From a virus: DNA of 64,000 bases. Below are positions 54,889 to 64,000 of the stretch, piece after piece. Below the pieces are notes generated by a model. That model saw only the letters and a program-made list of their open reading frames with translations. It did no database searches and had not been told where the DNA came from. The DNA is taken from the IMG/VR virus record IMGVR_UViG_3300037516_001783, positions 32,001 to 96,000 of that record. One strand, written 5' to 3'. Position 1 is the stretch's first letter. Each line of letters begins with the position of its first letter. A program made the translations under genes and the position numbers.

Positions 54889-56334
54889 CTATTCTTTTGG
54901 TAAGGTTACAAAAACAAGTTCATCCATTGCTCTTGTATAACAAACATATTCTAAATTCTTTTCTTGTTGAATTTCCCAATCTGTAACAGCCTGTTTACTT
55001 GGCATAAGTTCTCTGTTAAGAACAAATACTCTTTTACTTTCAAACCCTTTCGACCTGTGGATTGTTGATAGTGTAACTCTGTTACTTTCTACCTTTTCAC
55101 TAAATAAATCCTCTATTATGTCTATAGTTTGTTTAACTGTTGTTGTGTAATTAAACAACACATTAACAATTATATCAATTTTTTCTGAAAGGTTTTTGTA
55201 AACATTTGTTCTGCTTGGGTCTGGTATGCCAAAGTTCCTTAATCTATTTTCCAATTTAACAAGAGAATATTCTAATTTTATTTTGGCAGCAGACTTCATT
55301 ATGGCTTTTGTTTCAACTAACATCTTCACCATTTCTTTCCCAAATTCATGTCCTTTTATAAAACTCTTTTTCCCATCTTCAAAAAGTAACATTGAAAGTT
55401 CGAACAAAGGTTTTGTATTTCTACAAAGAACAAGGTCTCCAGAAGTTAATTCACTAATACAACCATCCCTGATTATCCCTTCATCCAAATTAGAAAATGA
55501 TTCTATTTCAGATACCAGAGGTTTTACATAATCAACTATATTATTTTTACACCTATAACAAACTGAAAGTGGTAAGATTGTTGTATTAGGTAGATTTTTC
55601 AGGTTGTTGAAACTATTTACGTCTGCTCCTGCAAAGCCGTATATGGCTTGATTTACATCACCAACTGCTATATGTCTAGCACCGACCTTCTTTGTCTTAA
55701 GAAATAGAAGTTGTTGTAATTTAGATAAATCTTGACATTCATCTATGTAAACGTAATCAAATTTCTTAACTTTCAAATTGAACTTTACAGGTAAGTAAAT
55801 CATGTCTATAAAATCTACAGAACTAGCTCTTTCTGATAATTCAAGTATTTCTATAGCACATTTAATTTCCTCTTCTGTGTATAAAGTTCCATGCATGAAA
55901 CATGAATCAAATATCACCTCATGTTTATGTTCAAGAAAATTATTCCTAATGTAATCAACTAATTTAGCTATCTTGTAGATAAAACCGTTTTGAAGTTTCA
56001 CAGGAATATTGTATTTCTTTATATTTTCTCTTACAAGATTTGGAATCTTATTTTCATCTACTTTTCTCCTCCCTAAAGACATCAAAGCTTGGAACCCTAA
56101 CGAGTGTAAGGTTTTAACTTCAACACCTTCCATGACCTTAGTTTTTAAACTATCAACATTAGATTTATTAAAAGCTAAGAAAAGAACATCATTTCCTTCA
56201 GGTATGAATTTTAGACTTTCTATGATAGTGGTAGTTTTACCACTTCCAGCAACAGCCTGTACAAGCAAATCTCCTGTACCGTTTGCAATAAAATCAAATA
56301 TGTTTTTCTGATAAGAACTATACTCGTATTCCAT
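54889..56334 (-). CDS. UvrD-like SF1 helicase
   Basis: AVAGSGKTT, LAFNK, TLHSLG, IDECQDL, VGDVNQAIYGF, YRC, STIHRSKGFE, YVCYTRA. Confidence 0.93.
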   Translation of the reverse strand: MEYEYSSYQKNIFDFIANGTGDLLVQAVAGSGKTTTIIESLKFIPEGNDVLFLAFNKSNVDSLKTKVMEGVEVKTLHSLGFQALMSLGRRKVDENKIPNLVRENIKKYNIPVKLQNGFIYKIAKLVDYIRNNFLEHKHEVIFDSCFMHGTLYTEEEIKCAIEILELSERASSVDFIDMIYLPVKFNLKVKKFDYVYIDECQDLSKLQQLLFLKTKKVGARHIAVGDVNQAIYGFAGADVNSFNNLKNLPNTTILPLSVCYRCKNNIVDYVKPLVSEIESFSNLDEGIIRDGCISELTSGDLVLCRNTKPLFELSMLLFEDGKKSFIKGHEFGKEMVKMLVETKAIMKSAAKIKLEYSLVKLENRLRNFGIPDPSRTNVYKNLSEKIDIIVNVLFNYTTTVKQTIDIIEDLFSEKVESNRVTLSTIHRSKGFESKRVFVLNRELMPSKQAVTDWEIQQEKNLEYVCYTRAMDELVFVTLPKE

Positions 56335-56337
56335 ACT

Positions 56338-56733
56338 TTAGACTTCTAAAATATTAAACTCTTTTGAAGAAAATTTGTCAGTTTGATGTAAACTAACAAC
56401 ACAATCATGAACTTCTTCTTCTTTCAAACAAAACATAACTTTAACTTCTGTAATGTCTAAAGACAAATCTGAAACTTTTAAAACCTCTCTAAATCCGTTG
56501 TTCAAATTCTTTAAGATAACATACTCAATATCAAAACCTTCATTAATAAAAGTTTCTACTATTTCATAATGGTTGAATTGATAAGTATCTTGTTCGTATG
56601 GGATGAATTTTTTACCTTCTTCTTTTGAAATGATGAAAACCCCATTTCCAATTCTTCTTTCAGACCTAACAAAATTTAAAGGTGAAACTTTGATTACAGA
56701 TTGACCTTCTTTTAGGATTATTGAACTTTTCAT
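56338..56733 (-). CDS. Hypothetical early protein
   Basis: Start moved to ATG 56733; behind promoter cassette. Confidence 0.55.
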   Translation of the reverse strand: MKSSIILKEGQSVIKVSPLNFVRSERRIGNGVFIISKEEGKKFIPYEQDTYQFNHYEIVETFINEGFDIEYVILKNLNNGFREVLKVSDLSLDITEVKVMFCLKEEEVHDCVVSLHQTDKFSSKEFNILEV

Positions 56734-56766
56734 GATTAAATTGATTAAATGTTTAAGATTCATTTC

Positions 56767-56837
56767 TTAACAATACAAAGGTAGTTCTTTTATTTTAAAT
56801 AAGAAAACAGTATTTATCAAGAAAAGACTGTTTTCTT
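56767..56837 (-). promoter_or_regulatory. Promoter TACCTTTG plus 31-bp inverted repeat
   Basis: -7 element 56776-56783; AAAACAG-N17-CTGTTTT at 56804-56834. Confidence 0.8.
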
Positions 56838-56841
56838 AAAT

Positions 56842-57129
56842 TTACCTTAAATTCGATGTCAATTTATATTGTATTGCCTTGCTGTATTTGGCTGTAATTG
56901 GCAATGCATTTGAATTTAAAAATGAATTGAAATTGTTCAAAGTTGGTTCGTTTATCTGTAACCAAGTTGTAATTTCAAAACCTGTAACTACATTAACAAA
57001 CTGACTGCTAGTGTCATCGAATGAATTTACAATCCAATATTCAACTTCTGAATTTGGTAAAAATACTTCTAAAAATGAATAACCTATTTTAATTTCAGAA
57101 ACGACTTTTGAAATATATATCCTTTTCAT
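56842..57129 (-). CDS. Hypothetical protein
   Basis: ORF track, start moved to ATG. Confidence 0.5.
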   Translation of the reverse strand: MKRIYISKVVSEIKIGYSFLEVFLPNSEVEYWIVNSFDDTSSQFVNVVTGFEITTWLQINEPTLNNFNSFLNSNALPITAKYSKAIQYKLTSNLR

Positions 57130-57731
57130 ACACAACCTTTATTTATTTTATCCTTGATGTTTGACAACATATTATTATACTCAACTTTTGAAATATTATT
57201 GTTTAAACAGAAGTCTTTCATACTTATTTGTTCAACTCTGCTATTTATCAATAGAATTTCATTTTCTGAAAATGATAAATCTAATAATAAAGGATTGCTG
57301 GGTTGAAGTGTATGGACTTTATTACTTTTTCTGTTTAGTTCGGTAATACAAACATTTTCGTATCTACCATGGTAAGTTCTTTCTTGTATCCTGTATAATC
57401 CGGAACTCAAGGCTTTGTTATAATAAAAGTAAAATTTGCTATCTTTTAAAGAAATGTCAAATTTTTCAATACACTTGTTTAAAATCAAATAACACTCTGA
57501 AACTATATCATCTTTTTCATGTATAATCAAACTGTTATCAACACCCTTAATTAAATTAAAGAAGTTGTTAACATTCTTAATGATTATACCAGACATAGAT
57601 TTAAAAATGTATTCTCTGTGTTTATCAGAAACAGAACCTTTAACATTTTTCACAATCAAAATGCTATTCCTTATCTTTGTGTCGTTATAAGGTTCTTTAA
57701 ACTTAGATATTTGGTTGTATAGGTAATTCAT
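57126..57731 (-). CDS. Sigma-70-like phage sigma factor
   Basis: Region 2 pattern DDIVSECYLILNKCIEKFD....KF.FY; region 4 pattern FSENEILLI....SMKDFC...IS. Confidence 0.65.
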   Translation of the reverse strand: MNYLYNQISKFKEPYNDTKIRNSILIVKNVKGSVSDKHREYIFKSMSGIIIKNVNNFFNLIKGVDNSLIIHEKDDIVSECYLILNKCIEKFDISLKDSKFYFYYNKALSSGLYRIQERTYHGRYENVCITELNRKSNKVHTLQPSNPLLLDLSFSENEILLINSRVEQISMKDFCLNNNISKVEYNNMLSNIKDKINKGCV

Positions 57732-57732
57732 A

Positions 57733-58071
57733 TTATTGCTTTTCAACCATGGTTTTCATCTCACCAACAGCTTGTGATTGTAATGACATTTTACGTTCTT
57801 CGATGTTCTTTTTATAATCATCTTTTGAACGTTCTTTTAATATTTTCTTCTTTTGGTCAGTTGTCATTGAACCGAAAGATAAAAATTGTGGTAAACTGTC
57901 TGGGTCAGAATAATCTTTTTCTATAGGGACTAATTCTAAAGGAGAATTATCTTTTTTACTTAGAATTTGATTACCACTTCCGTCTTTATAGACTTTGGTT
58001 TTTATATTGAAAGAATACCTATTTGTTTCAAATTCAATCTCACCACTATTAACATTTCTGAATTGTGCCAT
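57733..58071 (-). CDS. Hypothetical protein
   Basis: ORF track. Confidence 0.6.
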   Translation of the reverse strand: MAQFRNVNSGEIEFETNRYSFNIKTKVYKDGSGNQILSKKDNSPLELVPIEKDYSDPDSLPQFLSFGSMTTDQKKKILKERSKDDYKKNIEERKMSLQSQAVGEMKTMVEKQ

Positions 58072-58131
58072 ACAATTTTAAAGCGTTTTATTTAAAATAC
58101 AAATTTCTAAATATTAAATTAAAATAGCAAA

Positions 58132-58587
58132 TTATTTCACCGTTCTTCTTCCGTATTCAGCTATCAACATAGCGTCAGAATTCCATAAGAATATTTTATG
58201 AGAAGGGAATAATTGTTGGCATTTTGCTTTTAAAATGTTCTTCCATTCTGTAGGTGAAGAACATCTGCTTTTTGTAGTTCCTATTTGGTAAATCTTTTGC
58301 CATTTCTGAGGTGTAACAGTTTCAAAAGGTATGTTGTTAGCTAAAAGTGCCATTTCTAAATGACCATAACCCTTACCAAAATTAAAACTTGCACTAGAAC
58401 CGTTTCCTGGAATACCACCTACCAACTCTAAATACGCAAAAACTTCAGTACCTTTGTATTTTAAAAAGAAGTCGTTGATATCTTTTGGTGTTTCCATCAT
58501 TTTTTCAATATCAACGAACATTTTTGTTTCAGAATTTAGAACACAAATACTTCCGTTCTTTCCTGGGTCTATACCTATAATCAACAT
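58132..58587 (-). CDS. RuvC-like Holliday junction resolvase
   Basis: IIGIDPGKNG, YLE.V, FNFG..YG, VTPQKWQK, DAMLIAEYG. Confidence 0.85.
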   Translation of the reverse strand: MLIIGIDPGKNGSICVLNSETKMFVDIEKMMETPKDINDFFLKYKGTEVFAYLELVGGIPGNGSSASFNFGKGYGHLEMALLANNIPFETVTPQKWQKIYQIGTTKSRCSSPTEWKNILKAKCQQLFPSHKIFLWNSDAMLIAEYGRRTVK

Positions 58588-60458
58588 ACTTTCGATACTT
58601 TATCTTTCATTTTCACAGTAACCCTGTTAAAATCATCAGAAGTATTTTCAACTTTACTGTGAGTTATGATTACAGTTGTAGCTTTAAACACTTTTAACAT
58701 ATCAAAAACAACTGATTGTCCAGAGGAATCAAGGTTATCAATACATTCATCTAAACAAAGTAAATCTAAACCTTTCCCATCTGATAAGCTGTTATTTATC
58801 AGTGTGTAGAAAGTTAGGATAGCACTTACATTTACACGTTCCTTTTGACCTCCGGAAAATTTGTCGAACTTACTACCTTCTGTTTCTCCAGAACGAATTA
58901 TCGTTGTTTCAATCTTTTCTCTAACATCACCATTTGCTAAAACTTTGTAACCATTAATAACAACCTTCAAATTAGAACCCATTAATTCCATGAAATTGTT
59001 ACAATAAGATTCAATTGTTTTTATAGATTTATTAGCTAAAAATGTCTGGAAACCTTTCTTACCTAAGTGGAAAATCCAGAAATTCTTGTCATCTAAAATT
59101 TCAAGTTTAGAGCTGTTTAAGTCTTCAAAATGAATTTTCTGTTCTTTAAAGACTTCTATCTTGGATTCATATTCTGGTATTTTGGAATCTAATTTTACTT
59201 CCTCTTCTAAAATAGATTTTATCTTATTTGAGTTCTTAACATTTCTCTCTTCATAAGACGATATTTCAGAATTATCATCTTCAATAGAAGATTCTACTGT
59301 TTTAATCTTTTTGTTTAAAATCTTTCTGGCAGAAAGCAATTCTTCTGAAACCTTAATTTCATTTTCAACAAGTTCATATTCATCAGATGTTGCTTTTTTA
59401 TTCAACTCGTCATCCTCTATTTTCTTGTTTATTTTTTCTATCTTTTCAGTAATCTCAAGTACAGACAATTCACTGTCTATAATGAAGTTGAACTTACAAG
59501 AAGGGCATTCAATTTTGTCACCTAATGAAGATTTCAAGGTTCTTAATTCACTTTTTTGTTTTGAAAGTACAGATGAAATCAAATTAACTTCGTTTTCAAT
59601 TTGTCCTCTAAGTTCTCTCAAATCATTTAAATCTTCATCATTTAAGTCTTCTCCACTTTTCAATTCAAGCTTTAATGCTTTCAATGATTGTTTTTTCAGT
59701 TCTATTGATTTCTTTAAAGCTACGATTGAAGCTTTATTTTCTTCAATTTTATCTTTAAAAGGTTTTATAAGAACTTGTTTGTCTACTTTTGGAGCATTTT
59801 TCTCCTCATCTATCAACCCTAAAAGAGTTTCTATATTAGTTTCAGCTTTTACGATATTAGCATTATTTGAAGCTATCTCTTTCTCTATTACAGATTTCTC
59901 ATCTTCTAAAGTTTTGATTACTGAATTAACAACTTTTGTGTCTATAAATCTTGAAATGATTTCTTTCTGTTTTGTATCAGAATTCTTAAAAAATGAAGAA
60001 TAGTTACCTTGATTTATTATGAAAAAATTAAGCAAATCTTCTTTTGAAATGCCAATTTTTTCTATAATAAATTTATTCGCTTCAGGTACTCCTGTAATCT
60101 CCTTAACATCTTGACCATTAATGTTGATAACTACTTCAGCAGAAGATTTTGTAATTCTTCTGGTAATGGTAAAATCTTCTTTTAAGAAATCATTTCTCAA
60201 CAATAAGGTAACTGTAGAAGATTTAAACCCATCTCTAATTAAATCAACTTTATTTACGTCCTTATATGACTCACCTGTAAGAGCATAAGTGATTGCCTCA
60301 ATGAAACTACTTTTACCAGAACCATTGCTGTCTGCACCACTATCTATATCGTCTAAATTTAGACCACTTATCACAGTAACCTTACCACTTTTAAAATCTA
60401 AAGTGGAATTTTCATGTGAAATAAAATCTTTTATTGTTAATGAAATTGGTCTATACAT
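58581..60458 (-). CDS. sbcC: SbcC/Rad50-like ATPase
   Basis: NGSGKSS, Q-loop, CPSC zinc hook in coiled coil, FSGGQ signature, LCLDE, ITH; start moved to ATG 60458. Confidence 0.92.
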   Translation of the reverse strand: MYRPISLTIKDFISHENSTLDFKSGKVTVISGLNLDDIDSGADSNGSGKSSFIEAITYALTGESYKDVNKVDLIRDGFKSSTVTLLLRNDFLKEDFTITRRITKSSAEVVININGQDVKEITGVPEANKFIIEKIGISKEDLLNFFIINQGNYSSFFKNSDTKQKEIISRFIDTKVVNSVIKTLEDEKSVIEKEIASNNANIVKAETNIETLLGLIDEEKNAPKVDKQVLIKPFKDKIEENKASIVALKKSIELKKQSLKALKLELKSGEDLNDEDLNDLRELRGQIENEVNLISSVLSKQKSELRTLKSSLGDKIECPSCKFNFIIDSELSVLEITEKIEKINKKIEDDELNKKATSDEYELVENEIKVSEELLSARKILNKKIKTVESSIEDDNSEISSYEERNVKNSNKIKSILEEEVKLDSKIPEYESKIEVFKEQKIHFEDLNSSKLEILDDKNFWIFHLGKKGFQTFLANKSIKTIESYCNNFMELMGSNLKVVINGYKVLANGDVREKIETTIIRSGETEGSKFDKFSGGQKERVNVSAILTFYTLINNSLSDGKGLDLLCLDECIDNLDSSGQSVVFDMLKVFKATTVIITHSKVENTSDDFNRVTVKMKDKVSKVC

Positions 60459-61113
60459 CTTCTTGTAATTTTTCTGGGTCAAATGAAATACCTGAATCTT
60501 TTAATCTCTCATACCAATCAACATTCTTTGTGAATTCAGGTGTTTGTTTTTCAAGTTTAGAAATTTCTTGAAAGAAATTCAAATGCATTTTACTTCCTTG
60601 TGGTTGTGAAATTTTGTTATTGTATTTAGCATCAACTTTTTTGTTGTAAGGGTTTATACAATAACCTTCTGTTGTTTGGAAGTAAACTTGACCAATTTTC
60701 ATGTTAGGGTAAATGACTATTGGTTTTACACAAGTAACCTCTAAAGTGAAATATCCAGAATAACCTACGTCACCAAATCCTGCTGTAATGTGTACAAACA
60801 AACCTAATCTTGCCAAACTACTTTTACCCTCTATGATAGGAACTAAATCAGATGAATCTATGAATTCATTTACACAAGCCAAATATAAATTGTTTGGGTA
60901 TAATGTCAAACCACTTTCTGGAATAAGAAGTTCTTCTGTTTCATTTTCAACCTTACAGTCAAGCTTGTCATTTTTGTAAACAAGTAGTTTGTTACTTAAA
61001 GAAACATCATAACTATTGCTACCAAGATTTGATTCGCTGAATGGTACAATTGAAAAACTATCCTCATGATTTAATAATCTTTCGAGTATTTTTGAATCTG
61101 CTAAAATCGACAT
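60451..61113 (-). CDS. dcd: dCTP deaminase
   Basis: MSILADSKI, NSYDVSL, EGKSSLARLGL.VH.TAGFGDVGY.G..TLE, YPNMKIGQ, KY. Confidence 0.92.
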   Translation of the reverse strand: MSILADSKILERLLNHEDSFSIVPFSESNLGSNSYDVSLSNKLLVYKNDKLDCKVENETEELLIPESGLTLYPNNLYLACVNEFIDSSDLVPIIEGKSSLARLGLFVHITAGFGDVGYSGYFTLEVTCVKPIVIYPNMKIGQVYFQTTEGYCINPYNKKVDAKYNNKISQPQGSKMHLNFFQEISKLEKQTPEFTKNVDWYERLKDSGISFDPEKLQEDV

Positions 61114-61117
61114 TGTT

Positions 61118-62155
61118 TTATAAATATTTGATTATCTTATTTAACTTTGTTTCTTTAATTTTATTCTCTTTACAGTATAATTTCAACTCAGACATTAAAG
61201 ATTCATTTGACAAATTAAGTGAGTGTTTAACTCCTTCCTCAATTTCTTCAAACATCTTAAGTGAAGATACTGTCTTCTTAGAAACTTTAAAACCTTTAGA
61301 CTCTAAAACTTTAGAATCAATTTTTATCAAATCTTCATCTGAACCTACAAATTCAATTTGAATGTTTGAATCTTCTAATTGTAAAGCTAATTCATTTGAA
61401 ATTTTTTCAACTTCATACCCTTCAAAGATGTCTAATCTCACCTTTTTGTAAGTTTTAAACTTAAATTTATAGTTCTCTACTGAAAGGTCTGAATATAAGA
61501 TTAGAGCTCCCTTTTTATCATCTTCTCCGAAGTTTCTTGGGTCTGTACTACCAATGTATGATATTTTCTTACTTACCTGTGTGGCGTTGTGGTAGTGACC
61601 AATTAAGACCTTATCAAATTGTTTAAAATCTGATTGTGTAATCTTATTTTCAACCTCAGAATTATTGTTGTTAAGTACACCATGAATCCCGATATGTGTT
61701 CCTAAAACATTGTGTAATTTAGGAGATAATATTTTAGAAGCTTTTAACAAATAATCCTTGTAAATATCTTCTGTAAAGAATGGGATTGATATCAACCTAA
61801 CACCATTTAAATCTACAAATGAATATGAATTTGTAACAATTAGATTTTCACTCCTATAAATATCTAAATAGCTATTTGTTGAAGATTGGTCAGTTTTATC
61901 GTGGTTTCCAGGAATCACATGCATTGTGATACCATTATCCTCTAATAAAGTAATTATCCTCTGGAACGATAATAAAGTTGATAATTTTTGAGAAATTCTG
62001 GAGTTGAAGATATCTCCTAAATGGAAAAACTCTTCAACTCCTTTTTCTTTACATAAATCAACTGTTTGTTTGAAAATATTATAAACATTTTCACTATTCA
62101 ATTCATCAAGATGTGTATCTGTAATGAAAATACCTGCAATACTTTTACTCTTCAT
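61118..62155 (-). CDS. sbcD: SbcD/Mre11-like metallophosphoesterase nuclease
   Basis: TDTH, LGDIF, PGNHD, GTH, GHYH, YIGS, NFGE. Confidence 0.92.
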   Translation of the reverse strand: MKSKSIAGIFITDTHLDELNSENVYNIFKQTVDLCKEKGVEEFFHLGDIFNSRISQKLSTLLSFQRIITLLEDNGITMHVIPGNHDKTDQSSTNSYLDIYRSENLIVTNSYSFVDLNGVRLISIPFFTEDIYKDYLLKASKILSPKLHNVLGTHIGIHGVLNNNNSEVENKITQSDFKQFDKVLIGHYHNATQVSKKISYIGSTDPRNFGEDDKKGALILYSDLSVENYKFKFKTYKKVRLDIFEGYEVEKISNELALQLEDSNIQIEFVGSDEDLIKIDSKVLESKGFKVSKKTVSSLKMFEEIEEGVKHSLNLSNESLMSELKLYCKENKIKETKLNKIIKYL

Positions 62156-63251
62156 CGTCAACAGTTGATTTACTATCTTGGTCTAATCTGTTTCTTAAAA
62201 TTTCCTCATGATACTTTTTAGTAATCTTTCTTACTAAAACATTGTACATAGGATTACCTTCGTCAAAAATATCATAAAGTTGTCCTCTTGACAACCATTC
62301 TAATTTACCATCTAAAAATGAATATCCATTTTTACCCTTTCTTTGTAAAATGTTATGTTCAACGGCAAATTCTAATTCTTCCTGTGTTAAGATGAAACCA
62401 CTACCAAATGAAATTTCAACTTTCAATTTGTCAAGGTTTGAAGTGAAATCTGATTTAACAATTTCAATACAAGATTCTTGACCTCTTTTAATGTCTTTGT
62501 GTTTTACAAAATTGGTTCTTGAAATACTTAATCTCAAGTTTGGCATGAATTCAATACCTTTTCCACCGTAAGATTTAACACCAGCACCACCAAAACCATT
62601 TACAGAATCATAAACGTGGTTAATTGCTATAAAGAAAATATCTTTGTCAAATACTTCTCCTTGTAAATACCTTAAACCTCGTTTCAATGCTCTGGCTGCT
62701 GAACCCATTGCTGCTTTGAATTGGTCATCACCTTCATCATTGTCAGCAGATTCCTTCATTTTGTTAAGTTCTTGACCTGAAATTGAAGCACCAATAGAAT
62801 CCCAAACAAACATAAATTTAGGCTTTTCTTTTATACCTTCAGATTTAAAAGTATCCTCAGTTTGTTTTATAATTTGTTGAGTTTTAACAAACACATCCTC
62901 AATGGTTTTACATTGAGCAATGATAAGATTGTCAACGTCTATACCTATCTTTTTGGCATACGGTTTATTATCTCTTCTTTCTGTAGAAAGTATAACAGGA
63001 ACACCTATTTCTGGAAACATCCTTTGAAAGTTCCTAAGAAGTTGTAATGATAGTGTTGTTTTACCACCTCTAGACTCACCTCTTATTTCTATAATACCTA
63101 CAGGAATTCCTATTGTATTCAAGTGGGCATCTAATTTTGGTATCCCTGTAGATATCCAACAAGATTGGTCTTTAAATAAATCAACTTCACCAAGTGGTTT
63201 GATTTGTGCGTTTTTATCAAAACCTTTAAGAATTTTATTTATAATACTCAT
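62145..63251 (-). CDS. recA: RecA/UvsX-like recombinase
   Basis: ISTGIPKLD, GIPVG.IEI.GESRGGKTT, VWDSIGA, AINH, SYGGKG. Confidence 0.9.
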   Translation of the reverse strand: MSIINKILKGFDKNAQIKPLGEVDLFKDQSCWISTGIPKLDAHLNTIGIPVGIIEIRGESRGGKTTLSLQLLRNFQRMFPEIGVPVILSTERRDNKPYAKKIGIDVDNLIIAQCKTIEDVFVKTQQIIKQTEDTFKSEGIKEKPKFMFVWDSIGASISGQELNKMKESADNDEGDDQFKAAMGSAARALKRGLRYLQGEVFDKDIFFIAINHVYDSVNGFGGAGVKSYGGKGIEFMPNLRLSISRTNFVKHKDIKRGQESCIEIVKSDFTSNLDKLKVEISFGSGFILTQEELEFAVEHNILQRKGKNGYSFLDGKLEWLSRGQLYDIFDEGNPMYNVLVRKITKKYHEEILRNRLDQDSKSTVDDEE

Positions 63252-63270
63252 AACTTTAGAAATTAAAAGA

Positions 63271-63298
63271 AAAAAGATAGGTTTTACCCTATCTTTTT
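63271..63298 (-). terminator. Intrinsic terminator
   Basis: aaaaagatagg/cctatcttttt inverted repeat with T tail. Confidence 0.8.
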
Positions 63299-63321
63299 AT
63301 ATTATCAAATATTATTTTAAA

Positions 63322-64000
63322 TTAAGCTTTTTTGCTTTTAAGGAATTTGGCTCTAAGGTCAGCGATAGACATTTTTGGCTTAGATTCAGTTGGTTTTTCT
63401 TCTTCCTCTTCCTCCTCTTCTTCGTCTTTAACAACCTTTTTAGTAGATTTAGCAGGAGTTTTTACAGGCTTTTCTTCCTCTTCTTCCTCGTCATCTTCAA
63501 CCTCCACTTTAGGTATTTTCTTAGTAGTTTTAGCAACAGGCTTTGTTTCTTCTTCCTCTTCTTCATCCTCCTCTTCCTCTTCTACAACTTCAACTTTTGC
63601 AGGTTTTTTAACTACCTTTTTAACAGGTTTTTCTTCCTCTTCCTCCTCTTCTTCCTCTTCTTCAACTACTTTAGAAGGTTTTGTAGTTTTGGTAACAGGT
63701 TTTTCAACTTCTCTGATTTTATTTCTAATAATTTCATCAGAGTCAAGTTTCTTAACTAAAACATCTAAATCGTTATCTTCAATATACTCTTTCAACTCAT
63801 CTCTGTCTAATTTAGACAGGTGGTCTTTAATGGCTTTTTTAACAGGTTTTTCTTCTTCCTCATCCTCTTCTTCAACTGAAGGTTTAGAAGATTTTTTTGC
63901 TGGAAGTTTAGAGTACTGTGCTTTTACAGTTTTGACGATAGATAAGAACTCAGCTTCATCGAAAATTTCAAATTCATTTTCAATATCAAAGTTTCTTAAA
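63322..64000 (-). CDS. C-terminal part of a protein with alternating Glu and Lys blocks (possibly ssDNA-binding protein)
   Basis: Frame stays open to the window edge (LRNFDIENEF...); EEEE-KPV.K repeats; sits upstream of recA. Confidence 0.6.
   Translation of the reverse strand, partial: LRNFDIENEFEIFDEAEFLSIVKTVKAQYSKLPAKKSSKPSVEEEDEEEEKPVKKAIKDHLSKLDRDELKEYIEDNDLDVLVKKLDSDEIIRNKIREVEKPVTKTTKPSKVVEEEEEEEEEEEKPVKKVVKKPAKVEVVEEEEEDEEEEEETKPVAKTTKKIPKVEVEDDEEEEEEKPVKTPAKSTKKVVKDEEEEEEEEEKPTESKPKMSIADLRAKFLKSKKA

Noticed and set aside
47896-56763. Shared N-terminal peptide LINLIMK in ORFs 47644-47928 and 56338-56763
   Set aside because: Artefact of a conserved 5' leader (TTTAATCAATTTAATCATG); true starts are the downstream ATGs.
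50567-63251. Introns or inteins in terL, recA and helicase
   Set aside because: Proteins are normal length with contiguous motifs; no splice-junction or homing-endonuclease motifs seen.
1469-63759. All plus-strand ORFs in the track (e.g. 59311-60003, 63199-63759, 9280-9765)
   Set aside because: Antisense shadows of Lys/Glu-rich minus-strand genes; Ser/Phe/Leu-rich, no motifs, fully nested in better ORFs.
1-64000. Stop-codon reassignment
   Set aside because: Conserved genes are full length under code 11 and coding density is high.

Overview
A 64-kb segment of a large, AT-rich tailed-phage genome; essentially all real genes are on the minus strand. The head module (major capsid, prohead protease/scaffold, portal, terminase) resembles Twort/A511/SPO1-type myoviruses. 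TAnnTTTG promoters, SD-less A-rich leaders and an Hc1-type histone-like gene point to a Bacteroidota host (inference). Layout in window coordinates: capsid and protease (1-2.6 kb); a 12-kb cluster of modular, probably head-packaged proteins (2.8-15 kb); portal; HicB-like protein, 5'-3' exonuclease, thymidine-hypermodification-type gene, ligase and glycosyltransferase (16.7-23 kb); about 25 kb of small accessory ORFs; a 1.3-kb non-coding structured-RNA array (48.2-49.6 kb); terminase; and a recombination/repair block (UvrD, sigma-like factor, RuvC-like, SbcCD, dCTP deaminase, RecA). Two candidate new systems stand out. (1) All five tRNA-like genes I found keep paired acceptor stems, T-arms and the D-loop GG but have non-canonical anticodon arms, and each sits next to a stem-closed structured ncRNA, suggesting tRNA-punctuation processing tags or decoys. 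(2) A virion cargo array carries GNAT, transglutaminase-like, Nudix and AAA domains on proteins that share [ILF]xK[A/S/G] putative maturation sites and a common short W-containing module. A fixed-geometry operator-promoter cassette, a 9-mer AACAGCGTT motif and an apparent absence of GATC are also visible. All calls come from reading motifs by eye; no searches were run.
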